Both the position numbers and the translations under genes were made by a program. The notes beneath the pieces are model-generated. The model was not told the origin of the DNA, did not search any database, and saw only the letters and a program-made list of their open reading frames with translations. Of a stretch of 64,000 nucleotides of DNA, positions 18,071 to 27,272 are shown in pieces (the first letter of the stretch is position 1; the number at the start of each line of letters is the position of its first letter). The stretch covers positions 5,093 to 69,092 of the forward strand of contig JAWCCZ010000006.1 in the NCBI GenBank assembly GCA_038861545.1, given 5' to 3'. This DNA comes from Thermofilaceae archaeon. GTDB taxonomy: Archaea; Thermoproteota; Thermoprotei; Thermofilales; Thermofilaceae.

Positions 18071-20998
18071 TCACGCTACTCTAACTAAGATAGCCGGTCT
18101 AGCCGGAAGTGCTATCTTACTAGAAGGTAACTTAACCTCTGACTCGTTTGCGACCACAACCTTGACGCCGAGTTCTCTTTCGTAAAACACAGCTGCCGAC
18201 TCCAGAGCCTTACGCTCTAACTCCGGTTTGATTAATAGTTGAATAACTTTAGGGTTCCTGACTATAGTTTCAATTAACTTACCGGCTTGCCCGCGAAGCT
18301 GTGGGTCCAGCGTATTAATTGCTATTTTGAGAGCATTTCTCAGGTCGAGACCTTTACGCATCTCTTCTGCCGCCGTTAAAAGGAATTTGAATTTCCATTC
18401 GGCGGCGATAGCTATTAACACTTCCTTAGGTGTATCCCGGATCAGCTTTAGAACCTCTTTTATATCATCAAGCACGCTTTTCACAATTTCTTCAGCTGTT
18501 TCCACCTCGAGTTTAATGTATTCGTTTCTAGCTTCAGGCCAATTAGCCGTACTAATAAACCCTCTCTTACCCAGCTTCTCCCATATTTCTTCGCATATGT
18601 GAGGCACTATCGGCGCTAGCAGAAGGGTTTGCTTCTCAATAAACTCGTTTAGTAAGTCCCTATTCGGTTCACCGCACCTGCGTAGGTACCATCGGAACTG
18701 CTCTTGCAGATTAAAGAACCCTTTCACCAATGCATCTTTAAAATCTCCTTCCTCTATTTCAATCTCTACGTCTTTTATGATTCGGTGGAGAACACTTCTG
18801 AACCACTCATCAATAGGTAGCCACGTTTCCCTACCCTTACCATAGTTTTTGGTTGCGTACTCGTACCAGCCTATTAGGAGATCTACGGCTCGATCAGCTA
18901 CTTCCGGCTCGAAGTTTGCATCATCGAGGCTTGAGTTACCTGCGTAAGCTTCTGCGAACCGTGTAGCGTCAGCACCCCACCATTCTAAAGCTTCTCTAAG
19001 TAGGATGAAGTTGCCGGCAGATTTCGACATTTTCTCACCAGCTACAGTAACCCAGCCGTTTACCCCAATACCTCGCGGCCACATTTCTGGCGGGAATATT
19101 GCCACATGGTGGAATATGAAAAATATAAGGTGGTTTGGTAATAGATCCTTTCCAGACATCCTCATGTCTACGGGGTACCAGTAAAGGAACTCATCTCTAA
19201 TCTTCTTCAGCAGGTCTTCAGCGATTCCAATCTTAGCTGCCACTTTCCCCGGATCGCCTTGACCGAAAAATACGTAGTCAAAGAAAGAATCTTCAATCCT
19301 GTCTAATCGAATGCCGTATTCTTCTGGATGCTGAAGGTACTTAGCCAGAACATAATACGCCATGTAGAGTGTTGAGTCACTCAGTGATTCGAGTACCCAT
19401 TCAGGATCCCAGGGAAGCGGGGTTCCTAATTCTCCTCGGTGTGTGCAAGCCCAGTCGTCGTACCAATCAACTTGGCTGTGAAGATAACTTTTGATGGAGT
19501 CGGGTAGCAAGTTCATCCTATTGATGCAGTCATGAGCTAGTTTCTTCCATTGAGGGTCACTATACTTTAGGAACCACTGGTCCTCAACTCTTTTAACATG
19601 TGTTCTAGCACCGCAGCGGCAATATACAGGCTGGGGTAGCGTGTAATGCCTTACAGCTGCACCGATCGATACTAACCAGTCAATAACCTCTTCCTTTACC
19701 TCGGCTACTGTTTTACCAGCCCACTTACCGAACATTTCCTTCAGAACACCTTGGTAGTACTCCTTAGAGTAGATTTCACGGGTAGCTTCTTCAAGCTTCT
19801 CGCGATCAAACTGGTTCGAAACACCTAAACGTTCAACCACGGTTTTCGCTGGAATATTTCCATACCCCTCTAGTAATATAATGCTGACGGGCTGCACGTT
19901 ATTAACTAGCTTAGGATCTACCCTGACTTGCGAAGGTAATCCCCGCTTAAGGTCCTCGAGCGCCACGTAATCAAATGGAGCATGGGCTGGAACGGACATC
20001 ACTACTCCTGTACCAATGTCGGGTTCGACGAAGAACGCTGGTAAAACTGGCAAACACCAACCGGTAACCGGATTAATAACTTCTCGCCCGATTAGCTCTG
20101 AACCCATAACCTTATCGATTATAGCTACACTATGTCCTTGGTCCCGCAACTCATGGAATCCATAGCTCCCAAGCACCCAGCGTTCCCCATCAACTTCGGC
20201 TACAAGGTATTCGGAATCGGGCTTCACCCATATGTTTACAGCCCCGTATACGGTTTCTGGTCTATAGGTAAGGCATGGGTAAACGAACCCATCTTCTCCC
20301 TTGAATTTTACTATAATCACTTTTTCGGGTCCTATACCAGCATACTCATCAGGTCTATCATGGTCTCCGACTACTTTCTCTTCTTTCGGGCACCAAACAA
20401 CTGGGTGGATACCCTTGGCAATTAACCCTTTTTTAAGTAGTTGCCTATACTGCCATTGCACGAACTTACTGTAGGGCGGGTTAAGGTAGGTGGTGTGAAA
20501 TTCTCTCCTCCAGTCGATCGATAAGCCATATTTTTCGAAGTCTATTTTCCACTCTTTACAGAAGAAGTGTACCCAATGTTCTGGGTTCGCGAACTTCGGT
20601 ATCTCACTCTCAGGAATGCCCATAGACTTAAGTATGGAGATCTGCTTTCCATCTCCCTCCCTGATTCTCAGTGCTGCCGCGACTATCGGACTCCCAGTGG
20701 CATGCCATCCTTGGGGAAAAAGCACGTTGAAACCTTTCATCCTCTTGTAGCGGGCCATAATATCATTCCTTAGCACGGTATACGCGCTTCCTAAGTGGGG
20801 ATAAGCGTTAACGTAGGGGTAGGGGAAAGTTATGAAGAACTTTTGGTGTTTGGGATCAGGTTCAGGTTCAAAAAGCTTTGCCTCTTTCCACTTCCTCTGC
20901 CACTTTTCCTCTATCGACCTGAAGAACTGTACGCGCTCCTTTTCCGCGCGCGGCTTAATTGATCTTCCTTCTGAGGATTGAGCAATAAATCTCCCCAC
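18071..20998 (-). CDS. leuS: leucyl-tRNA synthetase (archaeal type)
   Basis: 975 aa. HIGH-type motif YPHLGSAYT, KMSKS present, CP1 editing-domain insertion, and C-terminal archaeal extension. Confidence 0.95.
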   Translation of the reverse strand: MGRFIAQSSEGRSIKPRAEKERVQFFRSIEEKWQRKWKEAKLFEPEPDPKHQKFFITFPYPYVNAYPHLGSAYTVLRNDIMARYKRMKGFNVLFPQGWHATGSPIVAAALRIREGDGKQISILKSMGIPESEIPKFANPEHWVHFFCKEWKIDFEKYGLSIDWRREFHTTYLNPPYSKFVQWQYRQLLKKGLIAKGIHPVVWCPKEEKVVGDHDRPDEYAGIGPEKVIIVKFKGEDGFVYPCLTYRPETVYGAVNIWVKPDSEYLVAEVDGERWVLGSYGFHELRDQGHSVAIIDKVMGSELIGREVINPVTGWCLPVLPAFFVEPDIGTGVVMSVPAHAPFDYVALEDLKRGLPSQVRVDPKLVNNVQPVSIILLEGYGNIPAKTVVERLGVSNQFDREKLEEATREIYSKEYYQGVLKEMFGKWAGKTVAEVKEEVIDWLVSIGAAVRHYTLPQPVYCRCGARTHVKRVEDQWFLKYSDPQWKKLAHDCINRMNLLPDSIKSYLHSQVDWYDDWACTHRGELGTPLPWDPEWVLESLSDSTLYMAYYVLAKYLQHPEEYGIRLDRIEDSFFDYVFFGQGDPGKVAAKIGIAEDLLKKIRDEFLYWYPVDMRMSGKDLLPNHLIFFIFHHVAIFPPEMWPRGIGVNGWVTVAGEKMSKSAGNFILLREALEWWGADATRFAEAYAGNSSLDDANFEPEVADRAVDLLIGWYEYATKNYGKGRETWLPIDEWFRSVLHRIIKDVEIEIEEGDFKDALVKGFFNLQEQFRWYLRRCGEPNRDLLNEFIEKQTLLLAPIVPHICEEIWEKLGKRGFISTANWPEARNEYIKLEVETAEEIVKSVLDDIKEVLKLIRDTPKEVLIAIAAEWKFKFLLTAAEEMRKGLDLRNALKIAINTLDPQLRGQAGKLIETIVRNPKVIQLLIKPELERKALESAAVFYERELGVKVVVANESEVKLPSSKIALPARPAILVRVA

Positions 20999-21021
20999 GC
21001 ACCCCTTAAGGACGCTTTCGT

Positions 21022-22116
21022 TTAAACTTTTTCTAAACTTTTGCTAGCTTTGCGAGCAGCCTTGTAGACGGCTAGTATATTTTCCAGAGGCGTGCCAGGT
21101 TGAATGTCATGAGTAGGGGAAAGGACGAAGCCTGTGGGTCCGAGCAGATTAAGCCTCTCCAACACGAGTTTCTCTATTTCGTTAGAGTTACTGAATAGAA
21201 GAGTTGTCTGGACGCTCATCGTCCCATGCAATGTTAGCAAATCGCCATATGTTTTCTTCAGCTTGTAAGGGTCCATACATTCTGGCTGTACGGGATCCAG
21301 AATATCAACATGAATTTCGATTAGGTCTGGGATTATTGGTTCAATCCATCCATCGCTATGGAACATAAAGTATGCTCCGCGCTTGTGGCAAAGATCGACT
21401 AGCTCGACGTATTTCGGTTTCAAGAATAGTCTCCACTTTTCAGGCGATATCATCATGCCTTTTTGCATGCCTACATCGTCTCCATCGTAGATCACGTCTA
21501 CGCCGGCGTCGCACAACACTTTAGCCTCTACCATTCTGATTCTGTGAAGATGGTTTAGTATTTTTTCGAAGGTTACGGGATCCCTGTACATCATCTTCAT
21601 TGCCTCGTTGAAGCCGGTAAGTTGCCAGGCATTTTCCCATAAATGTTCAACCCCCGCTACGAGGCAGTAGTCTGCATGAAGTTTTCTAGCACGCGAAGCT
21701 ACCTCGAACGTTGCTTCTTCATCGACGTATGGCCAGTTATACTCCTCTACTGAGATGTGTTGGAGCGGATGCCTAAGGTAAGTGTATGTATAAGTATGAT
21801 CCGGAGCCCAGATGGTTTCCACTCCCCAAATGTTGGCCCGAAGCTCGTACTCTCCTATACGGCCGAGGGCATATGTGGGCCCGTATACCCACTCGCTAGC
21901 CAGCTTTACATACTTGGGTGGAGCGAGACCACCAGCCAATATTGGTCCAGTACTTCGGAAATCTATGTCTAAAGCTCTTAATAATTGCTCGTAGTCTTTA
22001 ACTTGTAAAGCTTCCATTAATGAGTTAAGCGGCTCTGGTCTACACTTGAAGTTTAATGGTACCCGGTCAAGCTGCTCATGCTCAAAACATCTTATACATC
22101 TTTCCCTCGAGTTCAC
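21022..22116 (-). CDS. uroporphyrinogen decarboxylase (URO-D) family protein, divergent paralog A
   Basis: TIM-barrel URO-D-like core (GDDVGMQKGMMISPEKWRLFLKP...FHSDGWIEPIIPDL...DILDPVQPECMD). The ORF track start at 22230 would overlap Thg1 by 62 nt. The GTG at 22116 gives V-NSRERC, aligned with the start of paralog B (MLTPRERC). Confidence 0.7.
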   Translation of the reverse strand: MNSRERCIRCFEHEQLDRVPLNFKCRPEPLNSLMEALQVKDYEQLLRALDIDFRSTGPILAGGLAPPKYVKLASEWVYGPTYALGRIGEYELRANIWGVETIWAPDHTYTYTYLRHPLQHISVEEYNWPYVDEEATFEVASRARKLHADYCLVAGVEHLWENAWQLTGFNEAMKMMYRDPVTFEKILNHLHRIRMVEAKVLCDAGVDVIYDGDDVGMQKGMMISPEKWRLFLKPKYVELVDLCHKRGAYFMFHSDGWIEPIIPDLIEIHVDILDPVQPECMDPYKLKKTYGDLLTLHGTMSVQTTLLFSNSNEIEKLVLERLNLLGPTGFVLSPTHDIQPGTPLENILAVYKAARKASKSLEKV

Positions 22117-22168
22117 GGTCGTTCCACGGGCGCCCGGATCTAAGCTTTGCGCGTGTTCTAGTGTAAGC

Positions 22169-22882
22169 TCACTTATAGAGCTCCGGTGCCCTGTAAGCTT
22201 CAATAGCTTCAAGGAGAACCCAGGGCCCATCGTTCCAGTCGAGTGATCTAATGCCTCTTTTAGCTACCCAGTAAAGGCTTGTACCACCCCACTCCCAAAG
22301 CGGGTGGTCAATAACCCGCACTCCATTCTCCTCGAGTAGCCTGACCTGCTGGCGAAGGTTTGTATTCTCCCTAGGTTTAACGTTAAGTAGTTTTAACGAA
22401 CGCCCAACAAAGTTGTTGAAAGCGATTCGAGCCCGATACAATATGTATCGCTTGGCATCATCGATATCTATCAAGGGTACTACCCTAGCGTCGAAAAATA
22501 GGCGTCTTCCAATAACTTCGGAAGCGTTAACGGAAAGGATGGATGCTGAAATGCTCACGACTTTTTGCACCCGACCAGCGTAGGGTAGCGAGGGGCCTAA
22601 GAACAGGATGTTAACTTCATCGCTAACGGTGTACGCACAGCTAGCGGAAAGCCTATTGACAACTTGAGAGGTCCCGGCTATAAGGGCTTCATGAACTCTT
22701 CTATCTCTCGGTTCCTGAAACCCTGACAACACTTTGCTAAACCCGACACCATCTAAACGGATAGCGAATGGCAGCCTAAGTCTGGCATCTAACTTCTGTT
22801 CACGTTCCCTGTAGTCACCCTCTAACTCATTTACCTGTAGCTGCAGAAGTTGTTCTAAAGCTTCTTCCAATTGGAATGCCAT
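22169..22882 (-). CDS. tRNA(His) guanylyltransferase (Thg1 family)
   Basis: 237 aa. PFAIRLDGVGFSKV...EPRD...AYTVSDEVNILF matches the Thg1 catalytic core. Confidence 0.75.
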   Translation of the reverse strand: MAFQLEEALEQLLQLQVNELEGDYREREQKLDARLRLPFAIRLDGVGFSKVLSGFQEPRDRRVHEALIAGTSQVVNRLSASCAYTVSDEVNILFLGPSLPYAGRVQKVVSISASILSVNASEVIGRRLFFDARVVPLIDIDDAKRYILYRARIAFNNFVGRSLKLLNVKPRENTNLRQQVRLLEENGVRVIDHPLWEWGGTSLYWVAKRGIRSLDWNDGPWVLLEAIEAYRAPELYK

Positions 22883-22930
22883 AACTGTCCCCGGTAACCC
22901 ATTTTTACCTCTTTACAGGTTTTATCTTTG

Positions 22931-23938
22931 ATGGAGGGACTAGGGGTAGCGATTATCGGTTGTGGTTTCATTGGCGACGTACACTTTAAGGCATGGAGCA
23001 AAGTTAAAGGTGCCCGGATCACGGCCGCCGTCGATTTAATCGGAGGTAGAGCAAAAAAAGCCGCTGAAACTTATGGAGCATCGCATTGGTTCACAGATTA
23101 CACTAAAGTACTAGAGATGAAGGAAGTCGATATTATAGATGTGTGCACTCCAACGTATACTCACGCCGAGATTGTTGTGAACGCGGCTAAGAGTGGAAAG
23201 CATATCCTCTGTGAGAAGCCAATCGCGCTCCGCCTTAGTGATTCAGATGATATGATCAAAGCAGCCCGAAAAGCTGGGGTGAAGCTCATGGTAGCCCACT
23301 GCCTTAGGTTCTGGCCTGAGTACGTTGAAACTAAACGCCTAGTTGAAGGTGAGGCGATAGGAGAGCCGAGAATCGCCAGGGCTTACAGGCTTTCCTCTTT
23401 CCCGGAGTGGGCGCCGTGGCATAAAGATCGCAGGCTCAGCGGGGGCGTCTTCGTCGACATGAGTATTCATGATGTTGATTTCCTCCGCTGGGTGATAGGC
23501 GAGGTAAAGGAGGTGTTCGCTAGAGGTGGAACCCTGAAGACTGCAGACTCTACATCCCATGACTTTACGCACGCAATTCTCAGATTCAAAAATGAGACGA
23601 TCGCATACGTAGAGGGGTCATGGATGCAACCGGCAGCTTTTCCGTTTACCACCTACTTGGAGATTGTGGGGACCCACGGCATGCTTACTGTTGACAACCA
23701 ATCAACAGCGGCTTTAAAAGTGTACAGGTCCAGTGGATCACCAGCCGCGTATATTCCCTTTGAAGAGAACGCCTACGACAAGGAAGTGAAGCACTTCTAC
23801 GAGTGTGTAGTAAAGGATCTTGAACCCGCTGTGCCAGGCGAAGAGGCTAGGAAAACCCTTGAGGTAACTTTAGCTGCTGTCAAATCAGTAGATGAGGGCA
23901 AGCCGATCAAGCTACCCTTGGAGGGTGAGGTACTATGA
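22931..23938 (+). CDS. Gfo/Idh/MocA family oxidoreductase
   Basis: Rossmann motif VAIIGCGFIG and the EKP motif ILCEKPIAL. ATG at 22931 (TTG at 22928 in the ORF track). Confidence 0.9.
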   Translation: MEGLGVAIIGCGFIGDVHFKAWSKVKGARITAAVDLIGGRAKKAAETYGASHWFTDYTKVLEMKEVDIIDVCTPTYTHAEIVVNAAKSGKHILCEKPIALRLSDSDDMIKAARKAGVKLMVAHCLRFWPEYVETKRLVEGEAIGEPRIARAYRLSSFPEWAPWHKDRRLSGGVFVDMSIHDVDFLRWVIGEVKEVFARGGTLKTADSTSHDFTHAILRFKNETIAYVEGSWMQPAAFPFTTYLEIVGTHGMLTVDNQSTAALKVYRSSGSPAAYIPFEENAYDKEVKHFYECVVKDLEPAVPGEEARKTLEVTLAAVKSVDEGKPIKLPLEGEVL

Positions 23939-24951
23939 GGAAGCTGAAGTTCGCAATTCTCTCATTCGCACACGTTCACGCATGGAGCTACGCTAGAGTA
24001 CTGAAAAGCCTGGAGGAAGCTGAACTCGTCGCAATCTATGATGACGATCCAGAAAGGCTAAAGAGAGCGGCGGAGACTTACAGGGTAAAGGATCTCTACA
24101 GCGACTACCAACGGCTCCTGAAGCGGGAAGATATAGATGCAGTAATTATTGCTTCTGAGAATGCTAAGCATGCTGAGTTAGCGATAGCCGCAGCGGAGGC
24201 TGGGAAACATATGATTGTCGAGAAACCACTGGCCACGACGCTTAAGGATGCGGAAAGAATGATTAGAGCAGCTGAGAAAGCAGGGGTGAAGCTGCAGCAG
24301 GCCTTCGTGATGAGGTACCACGACGTCACGGTTATGGTGAAGAATATAATAGAACAGGGTGCAGTGGGTAGAATCTTAGCTATAACGACGACTAACCACG
24401 GCAAGTTCCCGGATCTCTGGTTCGATGACCCCAAGCTTGCTGGTGGAGGGGCGGTAATGGATCATGTAGTCCATACCGCTGATCTAATACGCTGGTACAC
24501 AGGAAAGGAGGTTGATGAAGTGTACGCTGTCATCGGGAGGAATATCAGACCTCAGCTGAGGTCTGAAGATTGCGCGCTGATTTCACTGAAGTTCGAGAGC
24601 GGCGCGATAGGGAGCATTGACTGCAGCTGGTCGCGGCCAGATACATTCTACACATGGGGTGACGTGTTTCTCGCTATCCATGGAACTGATGGTTTCATCT
24701 TTGTAGACGCCTTCAGACCCTGCATTAATGTAGTAATCGAGGGTAAACCGCTTGCATGGCACTACTATGGTCCCGATGCCGACTACAACATGATTAGAGA
24801 CTTCGTTTATGCTGTTCAGGAAGATCGACCGCCGAGAGCAACAGGATACGACGGGTATAAAGCGCTCGAAGTTTCAATCGCAGCTTATGAATCAGCCCGC
24901 AAGGGTTTGCCGGTGAAACTACCTTTACAGAATAGCAAAGCGAGCGGCTAG
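23935..24951 (+). CDS. Gfo/Idh/MocA family oxidoreductase
   Basis: 338 aa with MIVEKPLAT. It overlaps the previous gene by 4 nt, so this is a likely two-subunit or co-expressed pair. Confidence 0.9.
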   Translation: MRKLKFAILSFAHVHAWSYARVLKSLEEAELVAIYDDDPERLKRAAETYRVKDLYSDYQRLLKREDIDAVIIASENAKHAELAIAAAEAGKHMIVEKPLATTLKDAERMIRAAEKAGVKLQQAFVMRYHDVTVMVKNIIEQGAVGRILAITTTNHGKFPDLWFDDPKLAGGGAVMDHVVHTADLIRWYTGKEVDEVYAVIGRNIRPQLRSEDCALISLKFESGAIGSIDCSWSRPDTFYTWGDVFLAIHGTDGFIFVDAFRPCINVVIEGKPLAWHYYGPDADYNMIRDFVYAVQEDRPPRATGYDGYKALEVSIAAYESARKGLPVKLPLQNSKASG

Positions 24952-25115
24952 ACATAGAAGATAAAGGCTGTCATAATGTTTACTACCTTCTACTTCGTTA
25001 TTAAAGTTGAGCTAGTGGCTTCTCTTTTATAAAACCAGGTCCTAAACGCCTCATACCAGAGATTACATTTTCTTTCCTCGGGGCTCTCATTATCCCTAGT
25101 TTAGCAGCTTGTATC

Positions 25116-25482
25116 CTAGGCCTTATTATCGTAGGAAGCTAGGGGTAGTTCCCCGCGCGCTGCTACCGCTAGAATTATTTTGTCGTTAAAGTGTGAAAGG
25201 GAAAGTTCTTTTTCGACAAGTGTGTTGAGCGCCTACTTTACATCATTTATCTCCTTCATAATAAGAAGGTTTTTCATCAGTCATGTATCCGAACACTTTC
25301 TCGTATACTATCCTAGTATCGACGAATAGGCCTTTTAGGAACTCTACATACTTAAAAACCACAATCATGGGGATAAGCCAGCGATTGAGCATATCTAGCA
25401 GGCTAACGGTGTTCCTGTGGTATAATGAGTCCTTGAAGGTATCGTAAATTAACATGATTGTATCGATTACAGCTTCATGCAA
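25116..25482 (-). pseudogene. frameshifted PIN-domain (VapC-like) toxin remnant
   Basis: The N-terminal fragment (25243..25482) starts (L)HEAVIDTIMLIY, the PIN signature vIDTsvli. A C-terminal PIN-like piece, ...FNDKIILAVAARGELPLASYDNKA*, is read in a different frame (25116..25232). The two frames are separated by stops. Confidence 0.6.
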
Positions 25483-25548
25483 GTGCTTCGCCTAACCCTT
25501 TAACTATTAACACTTTAATCTCATCTCGGGTGAGCATTCTACCAGTTG

Positions 25549-25702
25549 TTAGCTTCTTCCTATCTCTCTTGATTTTTCCATAATGATTCTCCCGCTCTCA
25601 TTTAGGTATACTTCCAAGTAATCTCCAACTTGAATACCAACGCTATCACGGACATCCTTTAGAAGTGTAACTTAATAACTTATAGTAACTTTAACGCTCC
25701 AT
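25549..25702 (-). pseudogene. AbrB/SpoVT-type (VapB-like) antitoxin remnant
   Basis: The reverse strand reads ..SVKVTISY*VTLLKDVRDSVGIQVGDYLEVYLNESGRIIMEKS.. . This is the AbrB swapped-hairpin motif interrupted by an in-frame TAA. The only ATG (25702) is in another frame. Confidence 0.55.
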
Positions 25703-25816
25703 TAGTATGAATTAACCTCTACTTTTTTTAGTTTTCTCGGTAATTTTTCTCTGAAGCGTAAACTGCACGCAAAACTAAATTCTAAGAGTACAAAAAGAGG
25801 TGCTCTTATCCTTAAA

Positions 25817-27073
25817 TTACCAATGGTCTATCAGCCATATATGCATCAGTTTAGGGGGAAACAATTCTTTAAGTAGGCGCAGGATCCTTTTAGCAGGCAC
25901 ATCAGCCTTCACGATAGAGTTCAGTAGGAGCTTCTCTGCGCTTGAACAACCAAAGAGGAATTTATTGAAAGTTTCCGGATCTAGGTCCACTACTGCACCC
26001 ACAGAGTTCCCGCCCTTTTCTGCTTCTCCCTCTTTCACTGATATAGTAACAGACTCACTACGGTACTTTAGTTTAAGTGTTAGCCCATCCAGAAAGGCAG
26101 TTTTACATGTAAATATGTTTTCAAGAACTGCCTTGAAGTTTAAAATTTCACACATGAATACTCCGCCGCCTCCCTGTGCGCGGAAACGACTGAATAATCG
26201 GGCGTAATCGGCTCCCGGGATTTTTGGGGCACGTATGTATCGCGCCCCCTCTTCAGATGCACGTTTCACGATATATGTGTAAAGTGCTTGAAGCGCATCG
26301 GTTCGCCCTGGTAAAGCTATTAGTTCTGCTATACCAAAGCCTTCGGGATCCCATGGTACTTTAGCTGCCACAGCGTAGCCAATTACTTCATCCCCCTCTT
26401 CCGCTACGGCAAAATTTCTTGGACTGCGCGGCAGGTAAAAGAAGCTATGGTATGCGGTACGTGCAAACATTTTCTCTCTGTACTCAGACTCAGATCTTAT
26501 AGGCCACCCGGTGTAGAGGCTACCCGAAGTCTCATACACTTTTCTTACATGTTCGACGTCACGCTCTTCTGCTTCCCTCACCTCGATCCAACGAACTTCT
26601 CGCATGTTTTCTTGAGCGTCCCAGATAGGGGCGATCCACCAACTGTCGAGACAGATATCAACATAACCTAATCTCCTATAGATCCTTTGTGGACTGCTTG
26701 CATAGCCTGTGAACAGAGCTGTAAGCGGGAATCCCTTTTGCTTGTAATCCTCCATCACATAGCTTAATAGTCTGGATGCGTAACCCTTACCTCTATACTC
26801 AGGATCTGTTGATACATTAGCTATTCCAGCTGTCTTCAAAATCCCAGCAGATGTACGCAGCCTTTTCTCGACTACTTGAACGTGAGAAATCGGTTTTCCA
26901 TCGATTTCGAGTAGATAAGCCCCTTCAAGCTTAAACCCCTCATTTAACTTAGCCAGTTCTAGCCATTTAGAGCTATCGAGCCCGTAACTGTTATATGTTC
27001 CGAAACACTTCCTAAGGAGATTAGCTATAGTTTCTTCATCACCAGGCCTGTAGGTTCTAATACTCTCTGTCAC
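25817..27073 (-). CDS. GNAT family N-acetyltransferase (Eis-like, with C-terminal SCP2-like region)
   Basis: 418 aa. GNAT motif A is ANVSTDPEYRGKGYASRLL. A second GNAT-like half and a C-terminal sterol-carrier-like tail follow. Confidence 0.75.
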   Translation of the reverse strand: MTESIRTYRPGDEETIANLLRKCFGTYNSYGLDSSKWLELAKLNEGFKLEGAYLLEIDGKPISHVQVVEKRLRTSAGILKTAGIANVSTDPEYRGKGYASRLLSYVMEDYKQKGFPLTALFTGYASSPQRIYRRLGYVDICLDSWWIAPIWDAQENMREVRWIEVREAEERDVEHVRKVYETSGSLYTGWPIRSESEYREKMFARTAYHSFFYLPRSPRNFAVAEEGDEVIGYAVAAKVPWDPEGFGIAELIALPGRTDALQALYTYIVKRASEEGARYIRAPKIPGADYARLFSRFRAQGGGGVFMCEILNFKAVLENIFTCKTAFLDGLTLKLKYRSESVTISVKEGEAEKGGNSVGAVVDLDPETFNKFLFGCSSAEKLLLNSIVKADVPAKRILRLLKELFPPKLMHIWLIDHW

Positions 27074-27188
27074 GAATTTTTTAAAAATATCCTAGTAATT
27101 ATTACTACCGACGCTTAAATCATGACGCGTAGTGGAAGGGCGCGTAAGCTGCTGGGAAGGTTTAAAGGGCTACCAGCTACTTTACCGC

Positions 27189-27244
27189 GGGCAGTGACGT
27201 AAAACGCCTTTCTGAGGTTGATGAACGGAAGTACCTCTGAGCCC
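27189..27244 (+). ncRNA. candidate box C/D sRNA (2'-O-methylation guide)
   Basis: 56 nt. The 4-bp terminal stem is GGGC(27189-92)/GCCC(27241-44). C box is GUGACGU (27194-200). An 11-nt spacer precedes D' CUGA (27212-15). C' is UGAUGA (27219-24). A 12-nt spacer precedes D CUGA (27237-40). The geometry fits a k-turn: a 3-nt bulge AGU then tandem G.A/A.G. TTTAAA at 27161-66 sits about 25 nt upstream. It lies between two minus-strand genes. Confidence 0.55.
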
Positions 27245-27272
27245 ATCATTTAGAAAGCCTTGTACCAATCTA

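Noticed and set aside
21022-22116. Interpretation of the URO-D homologs as HemE (heme biosynthesis).
   Set aside because: The N-terminal HemE substrate-binding motif is not visible, there are no other heme genes nearby, and archaea generally use the siroheme-dependent route. The call is kept at the family level only.
22117-22230. An N-terminal extension of URO-D paralog A.
   Set aside because: It would overlap the Thg1 coding end by 62 nt. The GTG at 22116 aligns with the start of paralog B.
25800-26207. A 135-aa plus-strand ORF.
   Set aside because: It is antisense to the GNAT acetyltransferase gene and has Ser/Arg-rich shadow composition.
27122-27202. A 26-aa basic peptide ORF (MTRSGRARKLLGRFKGLPATLPRAVT).
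   Set aside because: It is too short and unsupported. Its 3' part is better explained by the C/D-box sRNA candidate and its promoter.
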